Assembly: GCA_036557505.1 (NCBI GenBank)
Contig: DATBHM010000074.1
Coordinates: forward strand, 1 to 53,552
Length of the DNA: 53,552 bases
Source of the DNA: Actinomycetota bacterium
Lineage (GTDB): Bacteria > Actinomycetota > UBA4738 > JACQTL01
Direction: 5' to 3'
The notes beneath the pieces are model-generated. The model was not told the DNA's origin. It did not search any database and saw only the letters and a list, made by a program, of their open reading frames with translations. Positions 27,306 through 38,812 of the stretch are shown piece by piece. Within the stretch, counting starts at the first letter, position 1, and every line of letters starts with the position of its first letter. Made by a program: the position numbers and the translations under genes.

Positions 27306-27764
27306 ATGATCGCACTGCTCCACGCGGCCCTCGCGGCCGCCAGCAACTCGCAGACCAAGACGAACCCGATCGTCACCCTCCTGCCGATCGTGCTGATCGG
27401 CGTGGTCTTCTACTTCCTGCTCATCCGGCCGCAGCAGCGGAGGGCCCGGTCCCAGCGCGAGATGACCCAGTCAACGCAGGTGGGGGACGAGGTCGTGACC
27501 ATCGGCGGTCTCTTCGGCGTGGTCCGTGAGGTCGACGACGACTCGGTGCTGCTCGAGGTGGCTCCGGGTACGGAGCTGCGGTTCCTGCGGACCGCCATCG
27601 CCCGGAAGCTCACGGCCGACGACGAGGTCCCGGCCGAGGACGAGGCCGAGGACGAGGACGAGGACGGGCACGAGCACGACGAGCCGGATGACGACCAGGA
27701 GCACCACTACCTGGAGCCGGACGAGAAGTTCGGCAAGGACCAGGGCTCCGGCGACAAGTCGTGA
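27306..27764 (+). CDS. yajC: preprotein translocase subunit YajC with an acidic/His-rich C-terminal extension
   Basis: LLPIVLIGVVFYFLLIRPQQRR...GDEVVTIGGLFGVV is the YajC core. The tail is EDEAEDEDEDGHEHDEPDDDQEHH. Confidence 0.85.
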   Translation: MIALLHAALAAASNSQTKTNPIVTLLPIVLIGVVFYFLLIRPQQRRARSQREMTQSTQVGDEVVTIGGLFGVVREVDDDSVLLEVAPGTELRFLRTAIARKLTADDEVPAEDEAEDEDEDGHEHDEPDDDQEHHYLEPDEKFGKDQGSGDKS

Positions 27765-28597
27765 GCGGGGAGGCGGCCGCCCGGCCGGCCGGGAGGCCGG
27801 AGGCACGGACCGGCGAACCACCGGACGCCGACGTGGACCAGGGCAGCGACCGCCGTCTTCGGGAGCAGGCATCCGACGAGTCCGCCGAGCTCTCCCGGGA
27901 CGAGGCCCGCGAGGAGGCCGCCGAGTCCGCGGCGCTCCCCCCGATCTCGTTCGAGGTCGTCGAGCACAACGAGGAGCTGTCGCAGTTCATCGCGGCCGCC
28001 GACCGCGTGATGAAGGGCCTCGGCTACACCGAGCACGGGTTCCGCCACGCCAATCTCACGGGCCGGATCGCCTACAACCTGATGCACCGGCTGGGATTCG
28101 ACGAGCACACCTGCAACCTCGCGCACGTGTCCGCGTATCTCCATGACGTGGGGAACATGGTCGCGCGCGAGATGCACGGGCAGACCGGCGGCGTGCTCGT
28201 GTACAACGTCCTGCGACGCGAGGTCCCGCCCGAGGACCTGGCGACGATCGTGTCGGCCGTCGCCAACCACGAGGAACCGGACGGCCACGCCGTCGGACCG
28301 GTCGCCTCGGCGGTGATCCTGGCCGACAAGTCCGACGTCCACCGCAGCCGGGTCCGCAAGCGGGCCCAGCTGGAGTTCGACATCCACGATCGGGTCAACT
28401 ACGCGGCCGAACAATCGTTCCTGCGGGTAGACTCAGACGCCCGAACCGTCACGCTCGAGCTCACCATCGACACCGAGATCAGCCACGTCATGGAGTATTT
28501 CGAGATCTTCCTTGGCCGGATGGTCATGTGTCGCCGAGCCGCCGAGATGCTCGATTGCCGGTTCCGACTCACCATCAACGGAGCGCAGTTGCTGTGA
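27761..28597 (+). CDS. HD-domain phosphohydrolase-like protein with a disordered acidic N-terminus
   Basis: H...HD...H pattern: HGFRHANLTG, AYLHDVGNMV, VANHEE, LADKSDVHRSR. GTGA overlaps with yajC (27761) and secD (28594). Confidence 0.65.
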   Translation: MSGEAAARPAGRPEARTGEPPDADVDQGSDRRLREQASDESAELSRDEAREEAAESAALPPISFEVVEHNEELSQFIAAADRVMKGLGYTEHGFRHANLTGRIAYNLMHRLGFDEHTCNLAHVSAYLHDVGNMVAREMHGQTGGVLVYNVLRREVPPEDLATIVSAVANHEEPDGHAVGPVASAVILADKSDVHRSRVRKRAQLEFDIHDRVNYAAEQSFLRVDSDARTVTLELTIDTEISHVMEYFEIFLGRMVMCRRAAEMLDCRFRLTINGAQLL

Positions 28598-30237
28598 AAC
28601 AGACGAGACGACTCAAGCTGTCCCTGGTGTTCGTCGGGGTCATCTGGCTGGCCTCGGTGATCGCCCTCGCCACCGGACTCCGTCCGCAGTACGGGCTCGA
28701 CCTTGTCGGCGGCATCTCGGTGACGCTGGAGGCCCCGGCGGGAACCACCGGCGACGTCCTCCAACGGGCCGCGGACAACATCAGCGGCCGCATCGACCAG
28801 CTCGGTGTCGCCGAGCCCCAGGTGGGGGTCGTGGGAGGACGCGACATCCAGGTGGAGGTCCCGGGACTCGCCAAGGGGACGACTCCGGAGAAGGACGGCA
28901 AGTTCTGCGCGAACCCGGCCACGGGCGGCTCGATCAAGTACCAGGGCGCCACGTGCAACTTCCCCACACAGGCGGCCGCGGAGACGGCCATCCAGTCCGT
29001 GGGACAGCAGCGCCTGCTCGACCTCATCGGACGCACGGCGCGCCTGGAGGAACGGGAGGTCACCAACCAGGCGGCGTTCGACCCGAAGACGACCAAGCTC
29101 ACCGGGTGCTCGCCCGACGTCGCTGCCAAGGTCCCGCAGTGCAACAACCCCAAGATCACGAAGTGCCCACCGAGGCTCGCCACGAAGCCTGGTTGCACGG
29201 ACGCCGACCTCGCGAAGCAGACGGTCACGTACCTCAGCAAGCCGGCCACCGACGGCAGCCCGTTCGTCGCCTACACGATGGGTCCTGTGCAGCTGACCGG
29301 CGACGCCATCAAGAAGGCGACGGCGGTGTTCCAGACGGCCTCGTCGACGAGCGTCGGGCCCACCGGGTGGGAGATCAACTTCACCACGACCAAGTCGGGG
29401 GCCGACAAGCTCAAGGCGGTCACCACGCGGCTGCTCCCGACGCACGGACAGCTCGCCATCATCCTCGACCGCCAGGTCGAGTCGGCGCCCCAGGTGAACG
29501 GGGTCATCTCGAGCCAGGGGCAGATCACCGGGTCGTTCACCGAGGACGAGGCCAAGGATCTCGCGCTCGTGCTGAACGAGGGCGCGCTCCCCGTCGAGCT
29601 CGCCAAGCAGCAGGTCGAGACCGTCAGCCCGACGCTCGGCAAGCAGTCGCTGCATGCCGGGCTCATCGCCGGCATCGCCGGGCTGCTGTTGCTGATGCTG
29701 TACCTGGCCTTCTACTACCGGCTGCTCGGCCTGGTGACGTGGGCGGGCATGATCATCTGGGCGACGTTGGCACTGACCATCGTGGCGCTCGCCGGACAGT
29801 TCGTCGGGTATGCGCTCTCCCTCGCCGGTGTGGCGGGCATCATCGTGTCGCTCGGGATCACGGCCGACTCCTACATCGTGTTCTACGAACGATTGAAGGA
29901 CGAGGTCCGCGGCGGCAAGACGCTGCGCACCTCCGTGCAGCCGGCGTTCAAGCGGGCCTGGCACACGATCGTGGCCGCCGACATCGTGACGATCCTGGCC
30001 GCCGCCGTATTGTACCTGCTGGCCATCGGCTCGGTGCGGGGGTTCGCCCTGACGCTCGGGTTCGCGACGGCCCTCGACATGTTCGTCGTCTATTTCTTCA
30101 AGCGGCCGGTGGTGTTCCTGATGGCCCGGAGCGAGCGGATCGAGAACCTGCGGGGGATGGGGCTGCGCAGCGGCGTGGCCGCCGACCCGGTTCCCGGTGA
30201 GGACGCCGTCCCCGCCATCGCTGGGGCCGCCGAGTGA
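28594..30237 (+). CDS. secD: protein translocase subunit
   Basis: [31 protein letters not shown], C-terminal 6-TM block with [29 protein letters not shown]. Confidence 0.9.
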   Translation: [547 protein letters not shown]

Positions 30238-32273
30238 GCTTCCGAACCGCCGTCGCCACCTTCCGCGGACATCGTCAGCCGCACTTCAACATCATCGGGC
30301 GGTGGAAGGTCTGGTTCGCGCTGTCCGGCGTGTTCATCATCCTGTCGCTGATCGGGCTGTTCGCCATCGGGTTGAACTACTCGATCGACTTCAAGGGCGG
30401 TGCACAGCTCCGCTATCCGAACCCGGGCAAGGCCACCGTGGGCGACGTCGACCGCGTGCTGTCCAAGTACGGACGCGGCGACGCCGAGGTGCAGGTGGTC
30501 GGGACCGACAACGGGGGCTCGCAGATCGTCATTCGAACCCGCTCGCTGAACGACCTCGGCGGCCCGCCCCAGACGCAGTTCACGCTCCCCGGGTCCACGG
30601 CGTCCCGGGACGACCTCAACGAGGCCATGGCGGAGTTCGGGCTCGTGCCCAAGATCCACCTCACCAACCGCGGCGCGACGGTCGTCGTCGAGCAGGGCGC
30701 GCCCGGGAGGTCCCACGGTGTGACCGTGGTCTACAAGCCCTCCACGCCGCTCACGGTCGAGGACGTCCAGAAGACCATGTCCTCGCTCGGCCGCCCGGGC
30801 GCGCACGTCGACGTCATCAACGGCACGGTGATCATCAAGACCCCGTCGCTGACCGCGCCGCCGCCGCCGTCGCCCTCGCCGACCTCCAGCGTCTCGCCCA
30901 CCGCAACGTCCTCTCCCTCGGCCGGCGAGTCGCCCACCGCCGCGTCGTCCCCTTCCGCGGGAGAGTCCGGCGCTCCGAGCGCCGCCGCCGCGGCCGCCGC
31001 GCCGACCAAGAAGGCGGCTGCGCCGGGGTCGAAGGCGAGCCCGAAGGCCTCGGCCAACCCGTCGCCCAGCGCGCAGCCGACCGCGAGCTCGCAACCGTCG
31101 CCGACCGCCGCCCCCACCGCCACGCCCTCGACCGGGGCCAGCCCGACCCCCACGGGGCCGCCCTCGGCCCAGGACATCCTCGATGCGCTCTCCAAGCAGG
31201 CGGGCATCCAGAGCACTGACATCACCGTGAACCAATTGTCCAAGGCGACCACGCAGGCCGTGGCCGCCGCGCTGGCGCAGCGCGCGGGCATCCAGCCGAC
31301 GCAGGTCGTCGTGAAGGACATCGGGGGCGACGAGCGGGCCCGGCTTCTGTCGGAGCTGGCGAATCAGGCCGGGATCGGCACCGACGAGATCGTGATCAAC
31401 GACGTCGGCCCGACGTGGGGCTCACAGATCTCGTCGAAGGCCATCAAGGGCCTGATCATCTTCCTGGTCCTCGTCACGCTGTACATCTCGTTCCGGTTCG
31501 AATGGAAGATGGCGGTGTCGGCGCTCACGGCGCTGGCCCACGACCTGATCATCACGGCGGGGATCTACGCGCTGGTCGGGCGCGAGGTCACCCCCGAGAC
31601 CGTGATCGCGATCCTCACGATCCTGGGGTATTCGCTGTACGACACGGTGGTCATCTTCGACCGGGTCAAGGAGAACACCGAATCGCTGGCCCTCGTGGCC
31701 AGGGACGGCTATTCCAACGTCGTCAACCTGTCGCTGAACGAGACCTTGATGCGGTCGGTCAACACCTCCCTGGTCGTGCTGCTGCCGATCCTGTCGCTGC
31801 TGCTGTTCGGCGGCGACACGCTGAAGGACTTCGCATTCGCGCTGTTCATCGGCGTCGCCTCGGGGACGTACTCCTCGATCTTCATCGCCTCTCCGATGCT
31901 CGCCCTGTTGAAGGAACGCGAACCGCGCTACGCGCAGATGCGGCTCCGGGCGACGCGCGCAGCCTCCCGCGGCCAGGGCCAGGTGGCCGCGGTGGGTGCG
32001 ACGGCCGCCGGCCGAGCCCCGGCCCGCACTACGACGTCGCGGACGACCACGACCACCGCCAAGGCTCCGAAGGCGACCTCCGCCTCGACCTCGAACGGTG
32101 GCCCGGGCGGCGACGGCGAGGTGGCCCAGCCGGCGCCGGCGAAGTCCGCGAGCCAGGCGAAGTCGGGTTCGGGCTCCGGAGGGCGCACCTCCGGGGGCCG
32201 TCCGGGCGGCGGGTCGTCGAGCCGTTCGAGATCGAAGAAGCGAACCCCGCCCGCGAAGCGCCGACGCCGATAG
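30234..32273 (+). CDS. secF: protein translocase subunit SecF, strongly expanded (679 aa)
   Basis: NYSIDFKGG start of the periplasmic domain. C-terminal TM block ILGYSLYDTVVIFDRVKEN...GTYSSIFIASP. Contains a PST-rich insert and a basic tail. Confidence 0.85.
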   Translation: MSFRTAVATFRGHRQPHFNIIGRWKVWFALSGVFIILSLIGLFAIGLNYSIDFKGGAQLRYPNPGKATVGDVDRVLSKYGRGDAEVQVVGTDNGGSQIVIRTRSLNDLGGPPQTQFTLPGSTASRDDLNEAMAEFGLVPKIHLTNRGATVVVEQGAPGRSHGVTVVYKPSTPLTVEDVQKTMSSLGRPGAHVDVINGTVIIKTPSLTAPPPPSPSPTSSVSPTATSSPSAGESPTAASSPSAGESGAPSAAAAAAAPTKKAAAPGSKASPKASANPSPSAQPTASSQPSPTAAPTATPSTGASPTPTGPPSAQDILDALSKQAGIQSTDITVNQLSKATTQAVAAALAQRAGIQPTQVVVKDIGGDERARLLSELANQAGIGTDEIVINDVGPTWGSQISSKAIKGLIIFLVLVTLYISFRFEWKMAVSALTALAHDLIITAGIYALVGREVTPETVIAILTILGYSLYDTVVIFDRVKENTESLALVARDGYSNVVNLSLNETLMRSVNTSLVVLLPILSLLLFGGDTLKDFAFALFIGVASGTYSSIFIASPMLALLKEREPRYAQMRLRATRAASRGQGQVAAVGATAAGRAPARTTTSRTTTTTAKAPKATSASTSNGGPGGDGEVAQPAPAKSASQAKSGSGSGGRTSGGRPGGGSSSRSRSKKRTPPAKRRRR

Positions 32274-32365
32274 CGCCCGCGGGCGACCGGAGGGCGAGGG
32301 ACGCCCGACCGGCCGACGGATAGGATGCCGAGCGGCGCCACCCGGCGCCGGGCGGAGGGACCGCC

Positions 32366-32887
32366 ATGGACATCGAGCTCGTCAAGCAGCGGATCCGCGA
32401 CGTGCCGGACTTCCCGCAGGAGGGGGTCGTCTTCAAGGACATCACCCCGCTCCTCGCCGACCCGATCGCGTTCTCCACCGTGATCGACCTGATCGTCGTG
32501 CAGTTCGGGCGGGGGTCCGTGGACAAGGTGGTCGGGATCGAGGCGAGGGGGTTCATCCTCGCGTCGCCGGTCGCGTACCACTTCGGTGCGGGGTTCGTCC
32601 CCGTCCGCAAGGCGGGGAAGCTCCCCTGGGAGACGCAGTCCGCCGAGTACGAGCTCGAGTACGGCTCGGAGACGCTCGAGATCCATACCGACGCGTTCCA
32701 GTCGGGGGAGCGGGTCCTGATCGTGGACGACGTCCTCGCCACCGGTGGGACCGCGGCCGCCACCGCCCGGCTCGTCGAGAGCGCCGGCGCCAAGGTCATC
32801 GGCATGGCGTTCCTGATCGAGCTCTCGTTCCTGAAGGGCCGGAAGCGGCTCGGGGGCTACGACACGTTCTCGCTGATCACGTACTGA
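32366..32887 (+). CDS. apt: adenine phosphoribosyltransferase
   Basis: [20 protein letters not shown] loop [14 protein letters not shown]. Confidence 0.92.
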   Translation: MDIELVKQRIRDVPDFPQEGVVFKDITPLLADPIAFSTVIDLIVVQFGRGSVDKVVGIEARGFILASPVAYHFGAGFVPVRKAGKLPWETQSAEYELEYGSETLEIHTDAFQSGERVLIVDDVLATGGTAAATARLVESAGAKVIGMAFLIELSFLKGRKRLGGYDTFSLITY

Positions 32888-33786
32888 TGGCGGGACTCCC
32901 CGTCGAGCGGCCGGCGCCGTGGCCGACCGGGCGGATCGCATCGCCGCCCGCACTGTCGCCCGACGTGCTGTCGCTCGCGGAGAACTCCAACCTCCACCAT
33001 CCGCTCGGCCCGACCGACGAGCGTCTCGTCGACTCCCGCTACGTCGTCTATCTGGGTCCGGGGTCGTTCGCGGGGTTCACCGTCGTGCAACGGCTCCGCC
33101 TCCGGCCGGACGAGGTCGAACCCACGGTCGCCGAGATCCGAGCAGAGCTCGACCGCCGGGGCCGCCTCGAACGCACCTGGGAGATCGGGTGCTCGGCGAC
33201 CCCCGGCGACCTCACGGAACGGCTCCTCGACCTGGGCATGGAGCCGGACCAGGAGCCCTACGCGGTCGGCATGGTGCTCGACCGGCCGCCGGCACCCGCC
33301 CCGGCCCACGTCGAGGTCCGCCGTGTGTCCACCATCGAGGACTACCGGACGTCCGTCCGGATCGCGATGGACGCCTTCGGGATGAGCGACGACGGCCTGG
33401 GCGAGATGCTGGAGCGCGCCGACGCGGACTGGTCATCGCTCGCCGCCAGCCGGTCGATTCGCCAGTACCTCGCGCTGATCGACGGGGAGCCGGTGGCCAC
33501 CGGGCGGGCCACCTGGACCGAGCCCGGCGTGCTGTTGAACGGCGGATCCACGATCGAACGGGCCCGGGGACGGGGCGCGTACCGCGCGCTGGTCGGGGCC
33601 AGGTGGAACGACGCGGCGGCCGAGGGGCGGCCCGTGCTGGTGACGCAGGCCGGCGCCATGTCCCGGCCGATCCTGGCGCGTCTCGGGTTCCGCGAGGTGT
33701 GCGACATCCGCATCCTGCTCGACCGGTCCGATCGGGCGGGGGGTTCGGACCCTCCGGAAGGTGCATCCCGACCGTCGGACGGGTAG
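32887..33786 (+). CDS. GNAT-family N-acetyltransferase (two-lobed, about 299 aa)
   Basis: C-terminal ...ERARGRGAYRALVGARWNDAAAEG...ARLGF resembles the acetyl-CoA-binding Q/RxxGxG/A block. ATG overlaps the apt TGA by 1 nt (TGATG). Confidence 0.6.
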   Translation: MAGLPVERPAPWPTGRIASPPALSPDVLSLAENSNLHHPLGPTDERLVDSRYVVYLGPGSFAGFTVVQRLRLRPDEVEPTVAEIRAELDRRGRLERTWEIGCSATPGDLTERLLDLGMEPDQEPYAVGMVLDRPPAPAPAHVEVRRVSTIEDYRTSVRIAMDAFGMSDDGLGEMLERADADWSSLAASRSIRQYLALIDGEPVATGRATWTEPGVLLNGGSTIERARGRGAYRALVGARWNDAAAEGRPVLVTQAGAMSRPILARLGFREVCDIRILLDRSDRAGGSDPPEGASRPSDG

Positions 33787-33820
33787 CCTTCGGGACGCCA
33801 CCGGCCCAGGGGGAACGCGC

Positions 33821-34324
33821 ATGGCAGATCAGGACGACCGGACCGACCAAACGCCCGAGGCGGCGGAGCCCGCCGCGGCGTCCGAGGCGTCGGGACCGAC
33901 GCCGGCGGGGTCCGTTCCGGACGTCCCTCCAGAGCAGCGCGGTGCGGCCGACACGGGCGGAACGCCCGGTGCGGAGCCCGGCGGCGAGCGTTCAGGCGGC
34001 GCCGGTGCGGCGACGGGTGGAGTGCTCGAGTCCCCCGGGGGCCCGGCCACGGTGGGGGAGGACGAGCACGAGCAGACCCTGGCCGGGGAGCTCGTGGAGG
34101 AGTCCCACGAGGGAGTCGGCGAGGTCTCTCCCGAGATGGGGGAGACGAAGGCCGACCCGGGCGCGGGTGGGACCCGGTTCGACGAGCTGATGGCCAAGCG
34201 CAAGGGCGCGGGGCTCTCGGACGAGGAGTCCGAGGAGCTGGGACGGCTGCTGGCGCAGCGCGAGGGGCGTGAGTGGACGAGCACGCGAACGCTGCGCACA
34301 CACCCGCCCGACGCCACCTCGTAG
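33821..34324 (+). CDS. hypothetical acidic, low-complexity protein
   Basis: High GC3. ATG preceded by GGGGGAA. Composition rich in E/D/G/P/A. No recognisable domain. Confidence 0.4.
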   Translation: MADQDDRTDQTPEAAEPAAASEASGPTPAGSVPDVPPEQRGAADTGGTPGAEPGGERSGGAGAATGGVLESPGGPATVGEDEHEQTLAGELVEESHEGVGEVSPEMGETKADPGAGGTRFDELMAKRKGAGLSDEESEELGRLLAQREGREWTSTRTLRTHPPDATS

Positions 34325-34398
34325 CGGCGGACTCAAGGCGAGCCCGGTTCCTGGCGAAGCACAGGTGACCGGTACACTTCCTCCCAGGAGGTGCCCAG

Positions 34399-36654
<2,256 letters not shown>

Positions 36655-36659
36655 GCGCG

Positions 36660-37121
36660 TTGCGCGTCGTCCTCCAACGCGTCACCACGGCGTCCGTCCG
36701 CGTCCGGGGTTCCTCGGTCGGTTCGATCGAACGCGGCTTCCTGCTGCTGGTCGGCGTCGGGGACGACGATCCGCCGGGCGACGAACGCCGACTGGCGGCG
36801 AAGATCGCGGGGCTCCGGGTGTTCGCCGACGACGAGGGGAGGATGAACCGGTCGCTGTCGGACGTGGACGGCGCTGTGCTGGTGGTGCCGCAGTTCACGC
36901 TCTACGGAGACGTGCGGAAAGGCCGCCGGCCGTCGTGGGTGGCCGCGGCCCCGCCGGAGGTCGCGGCCGAGCGTGTCGATGCGTTCTGCGACGAGCTCAC
37001 GGCGCTCGGCGTGCCCGTCGAGCGCGGAGCGTTCCGCGAGCATATGGAGGTGGAGCTGGTGAACGACGGCCCGGTTACGCTGGTGATCGATGCCCGGGAC
37101 CTCGGGGAGGCGAGAGAATGA
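36660..37121 (+). CDS. dtd: D-aminoacyl-tRNA deacylase
   Basis: (M)RVVLQRVTTASV...GFLLLVGV...LVVPQFTLYGD...GRRPSW...NDGPVTLVID. TTG start inferred from the conserved MRxVxQRV N-terminus. Confidence 0.85.
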   Translation: MRVVLQRVTTASVRVRGSSVGSIERGFLLLVGVGDDDPPGDERRLAAKIAGLRVFADDEGRMNRSLSDVDGAVLVVPQFTLYGDVRKGRRPSWVAAAPPEVAAERVDAFCDELTALGVPVERGAFREHMEVELVNDGPVTLVIDARDLGEARE

Positions 37122-37163
37122 CGACGTCGCAGCTGCGTGTCTGCCGGATCGCCGATGGCGAGC

Positions 37164-37667
37164 CTAGGACGTCGTCACCGGGCGCGACGCGATCGCGATC
37201 AAGTCGTCGACGACTTCATCGAGCGGCCGGCTTGTGTCCAGCTCGTGGGTACAGCTCGCCCTGAGGAGCGGCTCGACCTGGGCGAGGTCGTCCAGGATCA
37301 TCGCTCGTTCCACGGGGTTCTTTCCGTAGGTGTTCGTCGTTCTGCGCTCGATCCGGTCGAACATCACGTCGGCAGGGGCGCTGAGCAGGACGACCGCGTC
37401 GAAACGATCGTAGAACTTCGACTGGTTCCTCACGCACCCCTGAACGAAGAGCGGGCGGCCATCATCGGTGTCCAGCAGCCCGGTGATCCGTTCCTCGACC
37501 CAGAGCCATTCCCCGCGGCGCAGCTCGTCGGATGAGTCGACCACCTCGCGATACTCGCGCCAGCCCGGATCGTCGGTGTCGACGACGCGATACCCGCGCC
37601 GGCCGAGTTCGGCGAGCGCCGAGGACTTGCCGGTTCCCGACATGCCCGTCACCAGGATCCTGGACAT
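37164..37667 (-). CDS. P-loop NTPase/kinase-like protein
   Basis: Walker A ILVTGMSGTGKSS at the N-terminus. Small size of 167 aa. Confidence 0.6.
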   Translation of the reverse strand: MSRILVTGMSGTGKSSALAELGRRGYRVVDTDDPGWREYREVVDSSDELRRGEWLWVEERITGLLDTDDGRPLFVQGCVRNQSKFYDRFDAVVLLSAPADVMFDRIERRTTNTYGKNPVERAMILDDLAQVEPLLRASCTHELDTSRPLDEVVDDLIAIASRPVTTS

Positions 37668-37725
37668 CGGGACAACGGTACCGAGCCTCGAGCGACGGCG
37701 TGGCCGAGCGACACACGAGCTCTGA

Positions 37726-38103
37726 TCAGCGACGCCGAGCGGAGGGATCACCCCTGGCTTCATTGAGTGCGATGGCCTGCTTGACGAACCCGCGGATGGC
37801 CGTGGCCGGGATCTTCTCGCCCTCGCGGATCGGGAGGTTCCGCATGCGGTCGCCGTCTCCCTGCAGCAGGCCCTTCGGATCGTCCATCTCCGCGCCGCGC
37901 CAGAACCCGATCCCGACGTGCCGGGTGAACGGCTTGATCCACACCATCGGGCCGTTCTGGTCGTAGACGGGCTGCGCCCACTTGACGGCGGCGGTGGCCT
38001 TCGGCGCGGCCTTCCGCACGAGGGCGTCGAGCTCGCTCATCACCTCGCCCCGCCATCCGCCCACGCCCCCGATGTACTCCTCCACCGTCCGTCGGTCGCC
38101 CAT
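37726..38103 (-). CDS. DUF1801 (YdhG-like) domain protein
   Basis: VEEYIGG...VKWAQPVYDQNGPMVWIKPFTRHVGIGFWRG pattern is typical of DUF1801. Confidence 0.55.
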   Translation of the reverse strand: MGDRRTVEEYIGGVGGWRGEVMSELDALVRKAAPKATAAVKWAQPVYDQNGPMVWIKPFTRHVGIGFWRGAEMDDPKGLLQGDGDRMRNLPIREGEKIPATAIRGFVKQAIALNEARGDPSARRR

Positions 38104-38191
38104 CGCCTTCCCCGTTCCGGCTCGTTCCGACTGCACGCGAATGATGCACGGAATCAATCGCGGCCGTCGCGTCGCTAGACTTGCGGGCTCC

Positions 38192-38812
38192 ATGTACCTC
38201 GACGTCTTCGATCAGAACGACTTCGGAACCAACTGCTGGCTGCTGGCGGCCGACGGTTCGGACGAGTGCGTCGTCATCGACCCCGGGTTCTCGTCCGACC
38301 GCGTGCACGAGATGCTGCGTGCGGCCGGGAAGACGCCCGTCGCCGTCCTGGCCACGCACGGGCACTTCGACCACATCGGCTCGGCAGGGGAGTTCTGCGG
38401 CGACGACCTCCCGCTGTACATCCACGAGGCCGACGCCCTCGCGCTGACCGACCCGCGAGCGTGGGGCTCGGGCTTCGCCGTGCCGCCGACGCCGGTCAAG
38501 GACGTCCGAACGATGACGGAGGGCGACCGGCTGAACTTCGCCGGGTTCTCCATCGAGGTCCTGCACACCCCCGGCCACACGCCGGGGAGTGTGTGCTTCG
38601 CCACGGACGGGTGGCTGTTCGCCGGCGACCTGGTGTTCCGGGGGTCGATCGGGCGTTCCGACCTGCCGAACTCCGACCCCGCGGAGATGGAACGCTCGCT
38701 GCGGCGGTTCCTCACGCTGCCCGACCCGCTGCCGGTGTACCCGGGCCACGGTCCCGACACCACGGTCGGGGCCGAGCGGCGGACCAACCCCTTCCTGGTG
38801 GAGCTCGGGTAG
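38192..38812 (+). CDS. MBL-fold hydrolase, glyoxalase II-like
   Basis: THGHFDHIG, HTPGHTPGS, GDLVFRGSIGRSD, YPGHGP. Sits directly upstream of hisS, as Rv2581c does in M. tuberculosis. Confidence 0.8.
   Translation: MYLDVFDQNDFGTNCWLLAADGSDECVVIDPGFSSDRVHEMLRAAGKTPVAVLATHGHFDHIGSAGEFCGDDLPLYIHEADALALTDPRAWGSGFAVPPTPVKDVRTMTEGDRLNFAGFSIEVLHTPGHTPGSVCFATDGWLFAGDLVFRGSIGRSDLPNSDPAEMERSLRRFLTLPDPLPVYPGHGPDTTVGAERRTNPFLVELG

Noticed and set aside
38113-38129. CGTTCCG x2 direct repeat (10-nt period) in the DUF1801/MBL divergent region as a regulator site.
   Set aside because: A 7-mer repeated once in GC-rich DNA is within chance expectation, and I saw no supporting symmetry or further copies.
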